Assembly: GCF_028641065.1 (NCBI RefSeq)
Contig: NC_073392.1
Span: 14,012,001-14,076,000, forward strand
Direction: 5' to 3'
From: Leucoraja erinacea
Lineage: Eukaryota
DNA: 64,000 nt
This document shows positions 26,420 to 38,205 of this stretch, piece by piece. The position numbers and the translations under genes are program-made. Positions within the stretch are counted from its first letter, which is position 1. The number at the start of each line of letters is the position of its first letter. Below the pieces are notes generated by a model. The model worked only from the letters and a program-made list of their open reading frames with translations, searched no databases and had not been told where the DNA came from.

Positions 26420-28690
26420 TTTTTGCAAACAGTGTTCAATTGCTGAGGTAGGGTTGGGGTTGTGCAGATTGATTCAAGAACCCAATAGTTATAGGCAAGA
26501 TCCTAAACTTGGTGGTGTGCACCAACTGTACCTCCTGCCCAATGGTAACACCAAGAAGAGGGCATGGCCCAAATGTTCAGAATCATTGATGGATCAGGAT
26601 CTTGAACCACACTCTACACAACCATTGCCACAACCCTACCTCAGCTCTGAACTACTACAGACTCTGTATAAGCATTGAACTATGTACCTTGTACTGTAAT
26701 GGTCGGGTTGCCAAATGTAACATAATTCTTTATATTATTGCATACTGTACGTTTATTTGCTGTGCTGATGCATTTAATGTGCCTGTTAAGCTGCAGAAAA
26801 TAAGAATTTAATTGTTCTGGTCCTGGTACATTGGATGATGACATGCTTTTGAATCTTAGATAGACACAAAATGCTGGAGTAACTCAGTGGGACAGGCAGC
26901 ATCTCTGGAGAGAAGGAATGGGTGATGTTTCGGGTCAAGACCCTTTTTTAGACAGACTCTGGTCTGAAGAAGGGTTTCGATTCAAAACGTCCTTCTATTC
27001 TGAAGAAGAGTGTCGACTGGAAACGTCACCCATTCCTTCTTTCCAGATATGCTGCCTGTCCCACTGAGTTACTGCAGCATTTTGTGTCTATCTTTGGTTT
27101 AAACCAGCATCTGCAGTTCCTTCCTACATATGCTTTTGTATCTTGATAGATGCCAACTTCTTGAGGTAGAGCCTCATGCAGATGCATTCAATGGTGATGA
27201 GGGCTGTGTACGCTGAGCAAGTTCACCAACATCTGCAGCTTTTTATGTTCCACTGCAGTGGAATTGCCATATTAGGCCATGATGCAACCAGTCAGGATGC
27301 ATATAATGCAGCAGATCTACAAAAGTCCGTGGAGTATTTGGTAAATCTTTATAAATTTCTAATGAAGTAGAGGTGCAGGCGCATCAACTTCATGATTATA
27401 TCTATGTCCCAGGGCAGGTCAGCCGAGGTGTTAATGCCCAGGAATTTGAAGCTGCTATTTCTCTCCATTGCCAGCCCACTAATGAAAACTGGTATGTGGT
27501 CACCAGCCTTCCCATTTCTGAAGTCAAAAATTAGTTCCTCGGTTTTGTTGACATTGAGCAAGAGGTTACTGTTGTGGTACCATTGAAGAAGGGTCTCGAC
27601 CCGAAACATTGCCTATTTCCTTCGCTCCATAGATGCTGCCTCACCCGCTGAGTTTCTCCAGCATTTTTGTCTACCTTCCATTTCCCAGCATCTGCGGTTC
27701 CTTCTTAAACATGGTACCATTCACTTATTTGTCCTAGCTAACTCTGGCTCATCACCACCTATGATTCGGCCAACAAAAATGGTATGGTCAGCAAATTTAT
27801 AGAAGCATTGGAGCTGGGTTAATTGCACAGTCATGGATACAGATAGAATAGAGCAAGGGACTAAGCCACACAGCTTTACGGTGCACCTGCGTTGAAGGTC
27901 AGTAAGGAGACGTTGTTATCGATCCCCAATGATTGAAGTCTGACGATGAAGAAGCCAAGGAGCCAGAAGCAGAGGGAGGTGCTGTGCGAGCTTGGTGATC
28001 AGTGTGGACAGGACGACAGTGTTGAATGTCGACCTGTTGTCGATGAACAACGGCCTGAAGTCTGTGATCCTGTTATCCAGCTGGTCCAGAGTGGCATGAT
28101 GGGCTCTTGAGCCAGCATTTGACGTTGTCCTGTTTTGGCGAAAGGCGAACTGAAGCAGATTTAGGTTATTTCCGTGGCAGCATAACCAACCGCTCAAAGC
28201 ACTTAATTGCAGTAAGTACTACTGGATGGTAGTTTATCAACGTAGGTCACTCTGTTCTGCTTTCACATTGGTATAATAGGGGGGCTAGAGTAGGTGGGAA
28301 CCTCAGACTGCAGATGTGAGAGGTTGAAGATGTCCTTGAATACTCCAGTCAGATGGTTCTCACAGGTCTGTAGTATGCCGTGCGGACCAAATGCTTTGCT
28401 GGATTCACCCTCTTGAAAGATGCTCTGATGTCGGTCTCTGAGGTGACAGGACCATCACGGGCTGGGGGTTCCCATGGATTGTCATTGTTCTCCCTTTCAA
28501 GGCGTGCATAAAGGACTTTGAGCTCATCCGGAAGTGATGTGTCCTGTCCACTTCTGCTACCCGGTTTCACTTTGTAGGAGGTGAGAGCGTGCAAGCCCTG
28601 TCACAGTTGTCGAGTGTCCATCTGTGACTCCAGCTTAGACCAAAATTATCTCTGTGAGCTCTTGCTGGTCTTGAGAAGGTCGTTCCATGA
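26420..28690 (-). mobile_element. Rex1/Babar-type LINE, fragmented and interrupted by Penelope-type repeats
   Basis: NLLLNVNKTEELIFDFR…SSFKFLGI…LYFIRNL; LQFAFRQNRTT…LFID..STFNT; SLPDELKVLYARLERENN. Confidence 0.8.
26838..27128. repeat. Penelope-derived palindromic repeat with two tandem hammerhead-like cores
   Basis: Long inverted arms (AGATAGACACAAAATGCTGGAGTAACTCAGTGGGACAGGCAGCATCT / inverse). The centre has CTGAAGA…AAAACGTC and CTGAAGA…GAAACGTC. Confidence 0.8.
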
Positions 28691-29033
28691 CTTATTGTTT
28701 GATACTGGATCACCAGTCCTAAATATCCAGTAGTACAAATCTAGGGTCCTCCAAAGTGTGGTGTGCACCTGAATCAATAAATGGTTGAAAAGCTTTGGGC
28801 TGACTGAATACACACAAAGGGTCGGGTGGGGTCCCTGGCTTGGTTTGACACCATTCGTGCTGGGTCGGGCAGGTATAGGGTCTAACAAGACTCGATTTCA
28901 CAGGTTCAGATTAGATTATTGTCATATATAACAAGATGCAATGATATTCCTTCTTTGCTGAAACTCATAGACTACAGAGTATACAGGATAATAATAGATA
29001 CAATAGTAGATGCATTACCATAAAAATAAAACA

Positions 29034-29452
29034 GACATTCCAAAATTATTTCTTCAGACTTTTAGAATCCAATCACTTTCCAAGGCAAAGAGATGGGTTT
29101 TTCACTGGAAATTACGTTTTCTTAACGAAAGGGAATTAGCCTCCTCAATCTGCACAGTAAATCAAAAGGCAAGCCGAGACAGATTTGGCTCTAATGCACT
29201 CAATGGACTTCAAGCACAGCTTTGCCTTGGCAGCAGCTTGCCCTGCTGTCTGACTAGATGCATCAAAGAGACAAAACTAATATGGGGAGGATGCTGTGGC
29301 ATCAGGATAGTTTAATGAAATTCCTGTCTGCTTAAGTGGAGATAAAATTGGATGCACTGATGAAGTGTGTCCATTCAAGATATCTAATATGGGAAGAGCA
29401 TGAAAGATAAACTACATTGCATGTTAGCTGCAGAAATGAACATTGTTCAGTG
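29034..29452. repeat. Diverged non-coding duplicate, copy B (paralogue at 23091-23515)
   Basis: See copy A. Confidence 0.85.
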
Positions 29453-29539
29453 GCTGAACTCTTCAAAGAAGATTTTTGTTTAAATTTCCTGTGGTGTGCA
29501 ACGACAAGATGACAGGGGGACCAGAGAGAGGTTTACTTT

Positions 29540-29812
29540 AGTTTCTGTTTAGGTTATAGTGACATGTACCGAGGTACAGTGAAAGGCTTTTTATTGCGTG
29601 CTATCTACTAAGCGGAAAGACTATACATGATAACAATCAAGCTGTCCAAGCGTACAGATGCAGGATACAGGAAATAACGTTTAATGCAAGATAGAGTCCG
29701 GTAAAGCCCAATTAAAGATAGTCTGAGTGTCCCCAATGAGATAGATAGTAGGTCAGGACCACTCTCTAGTTGGTGATGGGATGGTTCAGTTACCTGATAA
29801 AAGCGGGGGGGA
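29540..29812 (-). mobile_element. Rex1-like LINE 3' end
   Basis: On the - strand: …CTTTTCACTGTACCTCGGTACATGTCACTATAACCTAAAC-type tail, as in other Rex1-like tails in the window (e.g. ~61630-61675). Confidence 0.6.
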
Positions 29813-29882
29813 AACTTTAAGCCAAATAGGGAATGAATAGAGTTGGCAGGGAGGGAGGTCAGATTCAGTTGGCAGGGAGGTA

Positions 29883-30612
29883 CGAGGTGTGACACCCTCT
29901 GTACCGCAAGCTTAGCCCTAGTCCACTCCACAGTTGAGTTTTACTCAACAGCTTGAGCCAGTAGCTGACACACCAAACGAGTTGACTCTGTCCTTACCTC
30001 TGCAATACGGGGCATCACAGGGACGCTTAAGTCAACACCTTTGCAGTGGCTCCCTGTCCTCTCCCATATCGCCCCTCAAAGCATATGCAGAAGGGAGGGG
30101 ATGTTGTAAGATTGGTGCATCATCGAGGTGCACCATCGAGGCTAACCCTGACCTTCCCATCCATGCAGACTTGGACAATCTGCCCAACATGTGCCTGAAA
30201 TCTCACAAACCCTTCTGGTCTTCTGTTAAATCCCTGGAAGACTTTGACTCCAAGACTGAGTGGCGCAGAGCCTGAGAAGATGCCAACACCGACAACGGAG
30301 AGGTCACCACGGACCTCACAGTGAAACCACCGGGTTTTGACCTCCATCGCAAGCAATGGCTAACCCTGAACAGAATCTGCACCCTCCGTGCAAGAGCAGC
30401 CCATCACCTGCATAAGTGGGAGATGACAGACAGCCCTGCTTGCGACTGTGGACATCCAGACCAGACCATCCCACACATCGTGAATGACTGCACACTGATG
30501 CTTTTCCCTGGGGGCATCAAAGCCATCCACCCAGTAACTGATGCTGTCCTGGCCTGGATATCTACCCTTGATCTACAACTTTAGTGTGCAGGCCATACGC
30601 AAGAAGAAGAAG
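29883..30612 (+). mobile_element. Vingi (Ingi-group) non-LTR retrotransposon, 5'-truncated
   Basis: ITGTLKSTPLQWLPVLSHIAP, LPIHADL…LKSHKPFW, PPGFDLHRKQWLTLNR…LHKW…SPACDCGHPDQTIPHIVNDC…FPGG. Tail GCCATACGC(AAG)n. Direct repeat CAGGGAGGTA at 29873-29882 and 30613-30622. Confidence 0.8.
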
Positions 30613-31675
30613 CAGGGAGGTAAAACAGTGGGCTGATCACTAGCTTTCCTCCTCTAACAGACGGAGTGATCCAGTTTTGATCCTAACTTGGGATGCTGTC
30701 TGTGCGGAGTTTACTCGCTTTCAGCTGCTCCAGTTTCCTTGGAATAATTAATGTGGGAAGGTTTACTGGCTCTTATAAATGCCCTCCAGGGCAGAAGGTA
30801 CCAAGAGATTCAGCATGGAGTTAATAGGTATGTTACTATGGAAAATATGTGGGGAATCAGGGGTGTTGGGATTATTTTGTCAATCAACATAGAATTTACT
30901 CTGCCAAAATGAAATGTTTCTCTGTTGTAAAAATACATGAGAATATAAAATATGAGAATAATGAGGTAGGAATGGACTAGATTGTTGGAGTCATTGACCT
31001 GGCAGATGAAGGTAGATCACGATCAAGTGGTCTTCAGCTGAGTATGAATTAGGAACAAGGATTTTGGTGAGAACTGGAGGGTATGTGGAGGCATCGCAGC
31101 AGTTACAAGTTGGGAAGTCTATTATTTATTTCCAAGGACAGGGACAGACACAACTGAGCCTCCTGAAAGTTTACTGAGCCGTTATAACTGTAGGTACAGC
31201 GAGCTGATCACTCTGAATGAAACAAAGGCCAGGTGCTGACCTATGACTCTGCGACTCTCGACCCTGGCTTTTATGTTAGCTGTAGTTTCTGCTGGGTGTT
31301 GACGGCCTGCAAAACCACAACCCAGGATCATTCTGAATACTTTGGCCAAAAACACAGTTTTGCTGCTTCATGTCAGTGGTTGTGAAACAATTTTGCATGA
31401 GTTATGAAATGCAGAAGCTCCAGCGTTGCTCATGACTATGTCAGCTCCCTCCATTCCTGAAGTCCAACTGGATTCCAGTGGGAGAGCCTGGTCTTACAGA
31501 GGTCTCTCAGTGTCACACCAGATTAGACCAAGAAATTTCAGAGAAATTTTGATTAGAAAGCAAAGGGAAGGCATATTTGTTCCTTTTGTCTAATGTTTCC
31601 AATTGTTTAGTGGTTTCAGATAACTACTTCTTAACATTTTGAACCTTGTTCACTAATTTATTCCACCCATGGAAC

Positions 31676-31978
31676 AACACAGTGGCGCAGTGGTAGAGTT
31701 GCTGCCTGACAGCGCCAGAGACCCAGGTTTGATCCTAACTATGGGCACTGTCTGTACGGAGTGTACATTCTACCCGTGACCGCATGGGATTTCCCCAGGT
31801 TCTTCGGTTTCCTCCGACACTCCAAAAAGATACAGGTTTGTAGGTTGATTGGCTTCGGTGAAAATTGTAAATTGCCCCTAGTGTGTACGGCAGTGCTAGT
31901 GTACGGGTATCGGTGCTCAGCAGATACTGTGGGCTGAAGGGCCTGTTTCTGCACTGCATCTCTACCCTAAACTAAACT
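31676..31978 (+). mobile_element. HE1-like SINE, full length
   Basis: GTGGCGCAGTGGTAGAGTTGCTGCC head, GGTTTGATCC B-box, (CTAAA)n tail. Confidence 0.85.
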
Positions 31979-34900
31979 GTAATAGATTTTGAATGTCACT
32001 GTCAAAGATATTTATAAACCTTTCAAAATCCCTTCCTGCTTTTACAGCAGCAGAGCTGGGTGTGGAGGAAGGTGGTCACTTTGGTGTCAATAGCTTTTAG
32101 GACACTTTGGGTGATGACTCCTTGTTGGGCAGCTTTGATCATCTATTTCTCTGAACAAAAAATGTCTGGGTCAGCTAGTTGTGACTCCTTGTGTCTGACC
32201 ACATTGCCTTTGTAGGAACGATTCAGCTGTATTTTGACAGGACCATTGCTTTTTTAAAAAAGTAAAGAGAAAAGAAAAAAAAGAAAAGGCGATCCAATTT
32301 CAAATATATCCAAGACTTCTGCAAACATGTTTTTTTTCCCAGGATAGGGGAATCAAAAATTAAAGGTCATATGGTTAAGGTGTGCGGGTAAGGCTTTAAC
32401 AGGAACCCGAGAGACAAATTTTTCACACTGAGTGGTAGATATATGGAGCAAGCTGTCACAAGAAGTAGATGAGGCAGGTGCAATAATTAAGTTTCAAAGG
32501 TATAGGACAGGTACATGGGTTGGAAAGGTTAGAGGCATATGTGCCAAATGCAAGCTAATGGGAATAGATTAGATGGGGCATTTTGGATGGCATGGACAGA
32601 TTGGGCTGAAGGGCGTGTTTCTGCGCCGTATGTCTCTGTGAATCCGTGAGTCAATGTGTACGATGTGCAGTGATCATCACAATCTTGGACAAGCTGGTAG
32701 TATCATCAGGCAGCTATGGAGAGGCTGTGTACACTCCAACAGGTCCATAAGACACAATTTTTCTACCTCAGAACTTACTCGTAAATAGAACTATAATCAT
32801 TTAATATCTTCGAGAATTCAAACACTGTCAGCTGTGGAGGATTACAGAACAAAGGCTCGAAGCTTGAGCTTTATTTCCCTATTCTCGGTCTGTCTTTTAA
32901 CATCTTACAGATCAAACAAACCAGGCATAACAATACCCATTCTCCTTTCAACTCTACGAGAAACATCGGCTCCTGGATGAAATGCAAACATTGCATTTTC
33001 ATTATTCTTTTAATGACTTTTAATTACTGCATACGTGTAGGAGTGTGTGAACGTGCTTGCAAGCACGTGTGTGTAAGATTGCGCTTCTGAAGTTTTTCGA
33101 TTTCAAGCTCAAAACATTTATTATTTTTAATTACATGGTGCAATTGTTTCTTGATGTTTGTGGATGCTAAAGAGCTTTGTGAACAGTCATTGCTGTTGAC
33201 ATGGTGACAGCTATACTGGACCGGCAGAGCCATTGTATGTCCAATTCCCTGCTTACACTGCATGTGATGCTGTGCTATACTAAACCATGACACAAACCCC
33301 CCATTGTAACATTGCACCAGGGATTTTGGGCAATGGGGGGTTGTGCAGAAGTTGGGCACTTTCTTGTGGGTTGGTTATCTTGATAGCCTGGCATAGACGG
33401 CGCAACCAGCATATTTGGAGCAATGGAACATCTTTTATTCCCGACAGTTACCTTGTTATCTACAAAGATATTTGAATATTCAAAATATTGTCACATAAGA
33501 TACACTCCATTATAAATGTATAACTGTGGAACCATTCATTCATGGCCACAAATATTGAGGTAAACTGAATTGTAAGAGCCATTCTTGTTTGGGTTAGTTA
33601 CTGGCAGCATATTTTATTATTTTATCTAGATATTTTTTGCAGAATTATTTTGAATGCTTGGAGGTGGACTTTGGATACGTCAATGGGCATGAGATACATC
33701 AGATCAGGCAAGCAAAACCACAGTGAGTGGTCAGATCGACAGGCGCTGGCGCTGGAGAGAAGAATACAGTTCTCAGCCAGTTCAGAGAGTAAGAACGGAA
33801 AGCTACAATTTGTACAACTATTTCAATAAAAAATCAACAAAATTGGAAAGAACGACTGGAGGATTTGCTTTTGTTATCGACTGCGCAAGTTTGTTTCACT
33901 CCTCCCTGCCTGCATTGTAATGACAATGGAAAGGTTTGAAATTGTCATTACATTTAAGTAAAAACTGTTCTCTATGAGCGTAATCGAAACCACAACTGGA
34001 ACAAAGAATCTGCCTGACGTCATCAACTCGACAAGGTCGCCACCTGCGCTTAGCTGAATAAGAAGATTGGAAACTTCGAAAGCCAGCGCAGGGAATCGTG
34101 AGTAAACAAACTGCTACTGCATCTATGTTTCTATGTTTCTATGTTTCTATTGGAAAGCTGCATTATGCTGCATTGAAAAGCTGAAAGGCTTTAATGGAAC
34201 AGCTTCCGTTGGAGATGCTGTATTTGGAACGTCTTCAAGATAAGCTGTATTGAAGAACGACTAGTACTATGGAAACAAGTACGGTGACCGTGAAAATCTC
34301 GATGATACCTATGTTTTGAATTCCCGCTCAGATTGCTTTGAATTCCAGTCTGGAAGCCTACGTCAAAACACCATTACGTCAACACGTCTTAAAACGATAG
34401 TGATCCAGTATATCTAAAGCTCAGCCACAGGGTGGAAATGTTGGACAGCAAACTGCATGCTCCTTTGCTGAAAACAGAATACTACAGAGTATTTTAAATG
34501 TCTCAAGACGAAGATCAAGCCACAAATCTAGTTCTGCATCATGTGCATCTTGAAAGGTCTCTGCTCGTATAAAAGCTCAGGCAGAAGAGGCTGTTCTCTT
34601 GGAACGGGTTGCCGCCTTGAAAAAAAGCACAAGTTTGAGGCATAAGAAGCACAATTGGAACTAGAGATAGCCCTAGCAGCAATCGATGTCAAGCTTGAGT
34701 TTGAGCTTGAGGCACTAGATAAATATTTAAAAAGAGAGCCAGAAAAGTTGGAACTAGAGACTGACCTGGCAATCAATGCAAAGAGCGATGTACTTAAGGC
34801 CAAGAGATCACGAAGAAGTGCTCACCCATTGGAGCAGTGTCCACAGATCAAGGCCAAGAAGGAGCACAGAGAAAGGACCGACTTCTTAAAGGAGAAAGAA

Positions 34901-36103
34901 GCCTGTTTTAGAAGTTTGAAGAAAAGACACATGGCCAAGGACTGCAAGAGTCGTATTACTGGTGATGTGTGCAAACTAGATCATCCTGAAATACTTCACA
35001 CTGAACAGAGAAGAAGCCGGAGCATACAGGGCCGGTGAAGAAACCTGTACCTTCTCCATCTGACCAGCACAGGTAAAGAGCCGCAAGGGGGGCGTGTTGC
35101 AAACATACACTTTTTTGGATCATGGAAGTTGAACTACGTTTTGCACAGAAAGGTTGATGAGAAGGCTGAACATTACAGGACAAAAGACTGAGATTCTCTT
35201 GCATACCATAAATGAAGAGAAGTCTGGGTTCAGTCATCATATCTCAGGTTTGAAAATATCTAGTCTGGACAAAGACAATTTTATACAGCTATCTGATGTG
35301 TTCACACATAAGACCTTGCCTGTTTCTCATCTAAACATTCCCAGGCAGGAAGACCTGAAACAATGGCCTTACTTGAAGGGTATCAAGATTCCTAAAATAG
35401 AATCTGGCATCGACCTACTCATCGGAACAAATGCTTCAAAGGTGTTGGGACCTAGGAAGCTGGTCAACAGCTAAGTGGAAGGACCATTCGTCATGAGGAC
35501 CCTACTCGGATGGGTCATCTATGGTCCCCTGTGAAGAGAAACAAAAGCAGGGATGAGAATGGCTTCCCTGCTGCTGCTGTCAATAGAATATCTACTGTAA
35601 AATTAGAGGAGCTACTGGTGAAGCAATATAATCACGGCTTCAATGAAAAACACAGCAATAAAGCAGAATAAATTTCCAAAGAAGAGGTTAAGTTATTGGA
35701 TATTATGAATCATTCAGTAAAGATGATAGATGAACACTATTGTCGAGAAAACAAGAAAGCGTCAGTTTGCCGAATAACCTTTGCATTGCAAGAATAAGAA
35801 ATGTTGTGAATATATATCTTTCCTCACGGATATTTTTGATAATGGTTATGCTGAAATGGTACCAGTGGACCAGCTGAATGGAATGCTCTGGAATATCCCA
35901 CACCATAGGGTGTATCACTCAAGGAAAGGAACCTTGAGTGTGGTCTTTGACTGTCGGGCAGTCTTCAATTGAACATCACTTAATTGCCGACTGCTGCAGG
36001 GTCCAGACCTTAGCAACTCACTCATTCTCATCAGATTCAGACAAGAACCGGTTGCTTTGATGGCCAATATTAAAGCAATGTTTCATCAGGTCAAGGTATC
36101 AGA

Positions 36104-36157
36104 GGGGTGGGAGATTGCAACCTTCACGTGGTCCACCCTGTTTCGACGAATGCAATC
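36104..36157 (+). ncRNA. HDV-like (CPEB3-type) self-cleaving ribozyme, minimal 54 nt (predicted)
   Basis: P1 GGGGUGG/CCACCCU (7 bp with G1•U), P2 GAUUGCA/UGCAAUC, P3 ACC/GGU, L3 UUCACGU, GU after P1, minimal P4 (UUCGA), J4/2 CGAA with putative catalytic C36147. Confidence 0.85.
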
Positions 36158-36220
36158 AACCAAATAGAACAAGTTGTCCTTCAGCATTAGGCTGTGCATG
36201 CCATATGCAAGAAGAAGAAG
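36104..36220 (+). mobile_element. 117-bp non-autonomous Vingi-tailed retroposon with a 5' HDV-like ribozyme
   Basis: TSD GTATCAGA at 36096-36103 and 36221-36228. Removing the insert restores [23 protein letters not shown]. The 3' end TTAGGCTGTGCATGCCATATGC(AAG)4 matches the Vingi tail TTAGTGTGCAGGCCATACGC(AAG)4. Confidence 0.88.
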
Positions 36221-37453
36221 GTATCAGAAAAGCATAATGACTATTTGCGATTCCTGTGATGGCCTGTGGGTGATCCACAGCAAAATCTTGTTGAATACCA
36301 GATGAAGATACATCTTTTTGGAGCAGTGTCATCACCAAGTTGTGCAAACTTTGCATTAAGGAAGACTGCTGAGGACAACAAAGTTTATTTCCCAGCAGAG
36401 GTGACAAACACAGTAAAGAACAACTTCTATATGGATGATTGTTTAAAGTCCATATCTTCGGAACAGGAGGCAATTCAAATGGCAACACACCTGATTTCTC
36501 TCTGCCAAATGGGAGGATTCATGCTGTCAAAGTGGATTAGCAACAGCCGTGCTGTGTTGGCATCCATTCCACAAGAAAACAGAGCCAAGGAGACCATGGA
36601 GTTGGACAAAGACAATCTGCCTATGGAATGGGAACTGGGATTGCACTGGTGCGTTGAAGCAGATGTGTTCAAGTTCAGAATTGCGGTACAGGAATGACCA
36701 TACACCCGACGGGGCATCTTATCCGTTGTTGGCTCTATAAACGATCCTTTAGGATTTCTTGCACCATTTACTCTGCCAGCCAAGCTGATTCTGCAGGAGC
36801 TCTGTAAGGAAAGCCTCAGATGGGATGAGAACATATCGCAAACCTTCTCTCAGCGATGGACAGGATGGTTAGCAGGTCTCAACAAGATGTCGTAATTTAA
36901 AGTGGACCGGTGCATGAAGCCCGCAAACTTTGGTCAAATCAGATTGGCACAGTTGCACCACTTTTCAGATGAAGTGACAGTGGCTACGGTACTGTTTCAT
37001 ATCTAAGACTGGAAGATGATAACAAAGAAGTGAATGTTGCATTCATAATGGGAAAAGCCAGAGTGGCACCAGTGAAGCAATTTTAAATGATCAACCCATT
37101 ACCAGGAGTTCAGATTATCCAAATAACCTGGAAGCACTAACGCCAAACCATCTTCTTCTGTTGAGGATCAATCCAATACTACAACCTTGACTCTTTGTGA
37201 AGGAAGATTTGTACATTAAACGCAGATGGAGACAGGTACAATTTATGGCAGACCTTTTTTGGAAACGGTGGACACAAGAATACTTACCTCTAATCCAATA
37301 ACGACAACGATGGTCAAGGAGAAACTTTATTCTAGGTGACATCATTTTGGTGGTTGATTCAACTGCGCCACGAAGTTCCTGGCTGATGAGCAGAATGTTG
37401 GAGATCATACCAGATGCACAAGGTCTTGTGCGTATGGTACGAATTCAGACTAA

Positions 37454-37770
37454 AGGGCCTGTCCCACTGTACGAGGTAATTTAAGAGCTCTCCCGAGTTT
37501 AAAAAAAAATCGAACTCATGGTAAGCACGTAGAATGTACATAGTGGGTACGCTGGAGCTCAAGACGTCTCTTAGCGGCTTGTAACGCTAACGGCAGGATC
37601 TCGGGAAATGCGGTAAGCTCGTGAAGACTCGTGAAGATTTTTCAACATGTTGAAAACTGTCCACGAGAGCCCCGAGTGCCTACGAGTGGCTATTACCGTA
37701 ATTCTCTGAGTTCGAATCAAGGGAAACTCGGGAGAACTCTTGAGTTAGCTCGCACAGTGGGACAGCCCCT
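37454..37770. mobile_element. PIF/Harbinger-type MITE inserted in the BEL integrase C-terminus
   Basis: TIRs AGGGCCTGTCCCACTGTACGAG / CTCGCACAGTGGGACAGCCCCT, flanked by TAA/TTA. Removal restores VRIQTKNNILVR. Confidence 0.85.
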
Positions 37771-37889
37771 TTAGAACAACATCTTGGTAAGACTGATAAC
37801 TAAGATTTGTCTGCTCCAAGAAGCCAAGGAAGAAGATTGAAGAATCACTAAAGATGTTTGAATGCCAACACACTGTGCATATCTTTTGT

Positions 37890-38205
37890 TTTTGAAGGTG
37901 GTTGCCAGAGATTGCAGGTAGTGGAAAGTCTTACCTCCCACTACCTGCAACCTCCGGCAACCACCTTCAACTAGCATCGCAACCGGCTTCGACTAAAAAA
38001 CTAACGATTTTTAAAACGGCAACTTATTTTTAGTCGCAGCCGGTTTTTAATTTTTCAAAATAACCGCCGGAACATAGAAGACGCGGAAACCACTTTCAAC
38101 CATTAGGGAGACTGACAAAAACCTCCGGGAACCACATGGAAACCTTGGGTGGGGCGCAACGTCTCCAGAGGTTTCCGTTCAGGTTTCCTTAGTGGGACAG
38201 GGGCA
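37890..38205. mobile_element. Partial PIF/Harbinger-type MITE (right end) with an internal 79-bp palindrome
   Basis: Ends TTAGTGGGACAGGGGCA|TAA. Palindrome at 37892-37970. The left end is missing, together with the 5' part of the BEL 3' LTR. Confidence 0.65.

Noticed and set aside
31676-31750. tRNA gene
   Set aside because: The tRNA-like A/B boxes are the head of a HE1-type SINE; there is no full cloverleaf or pol III terminator.
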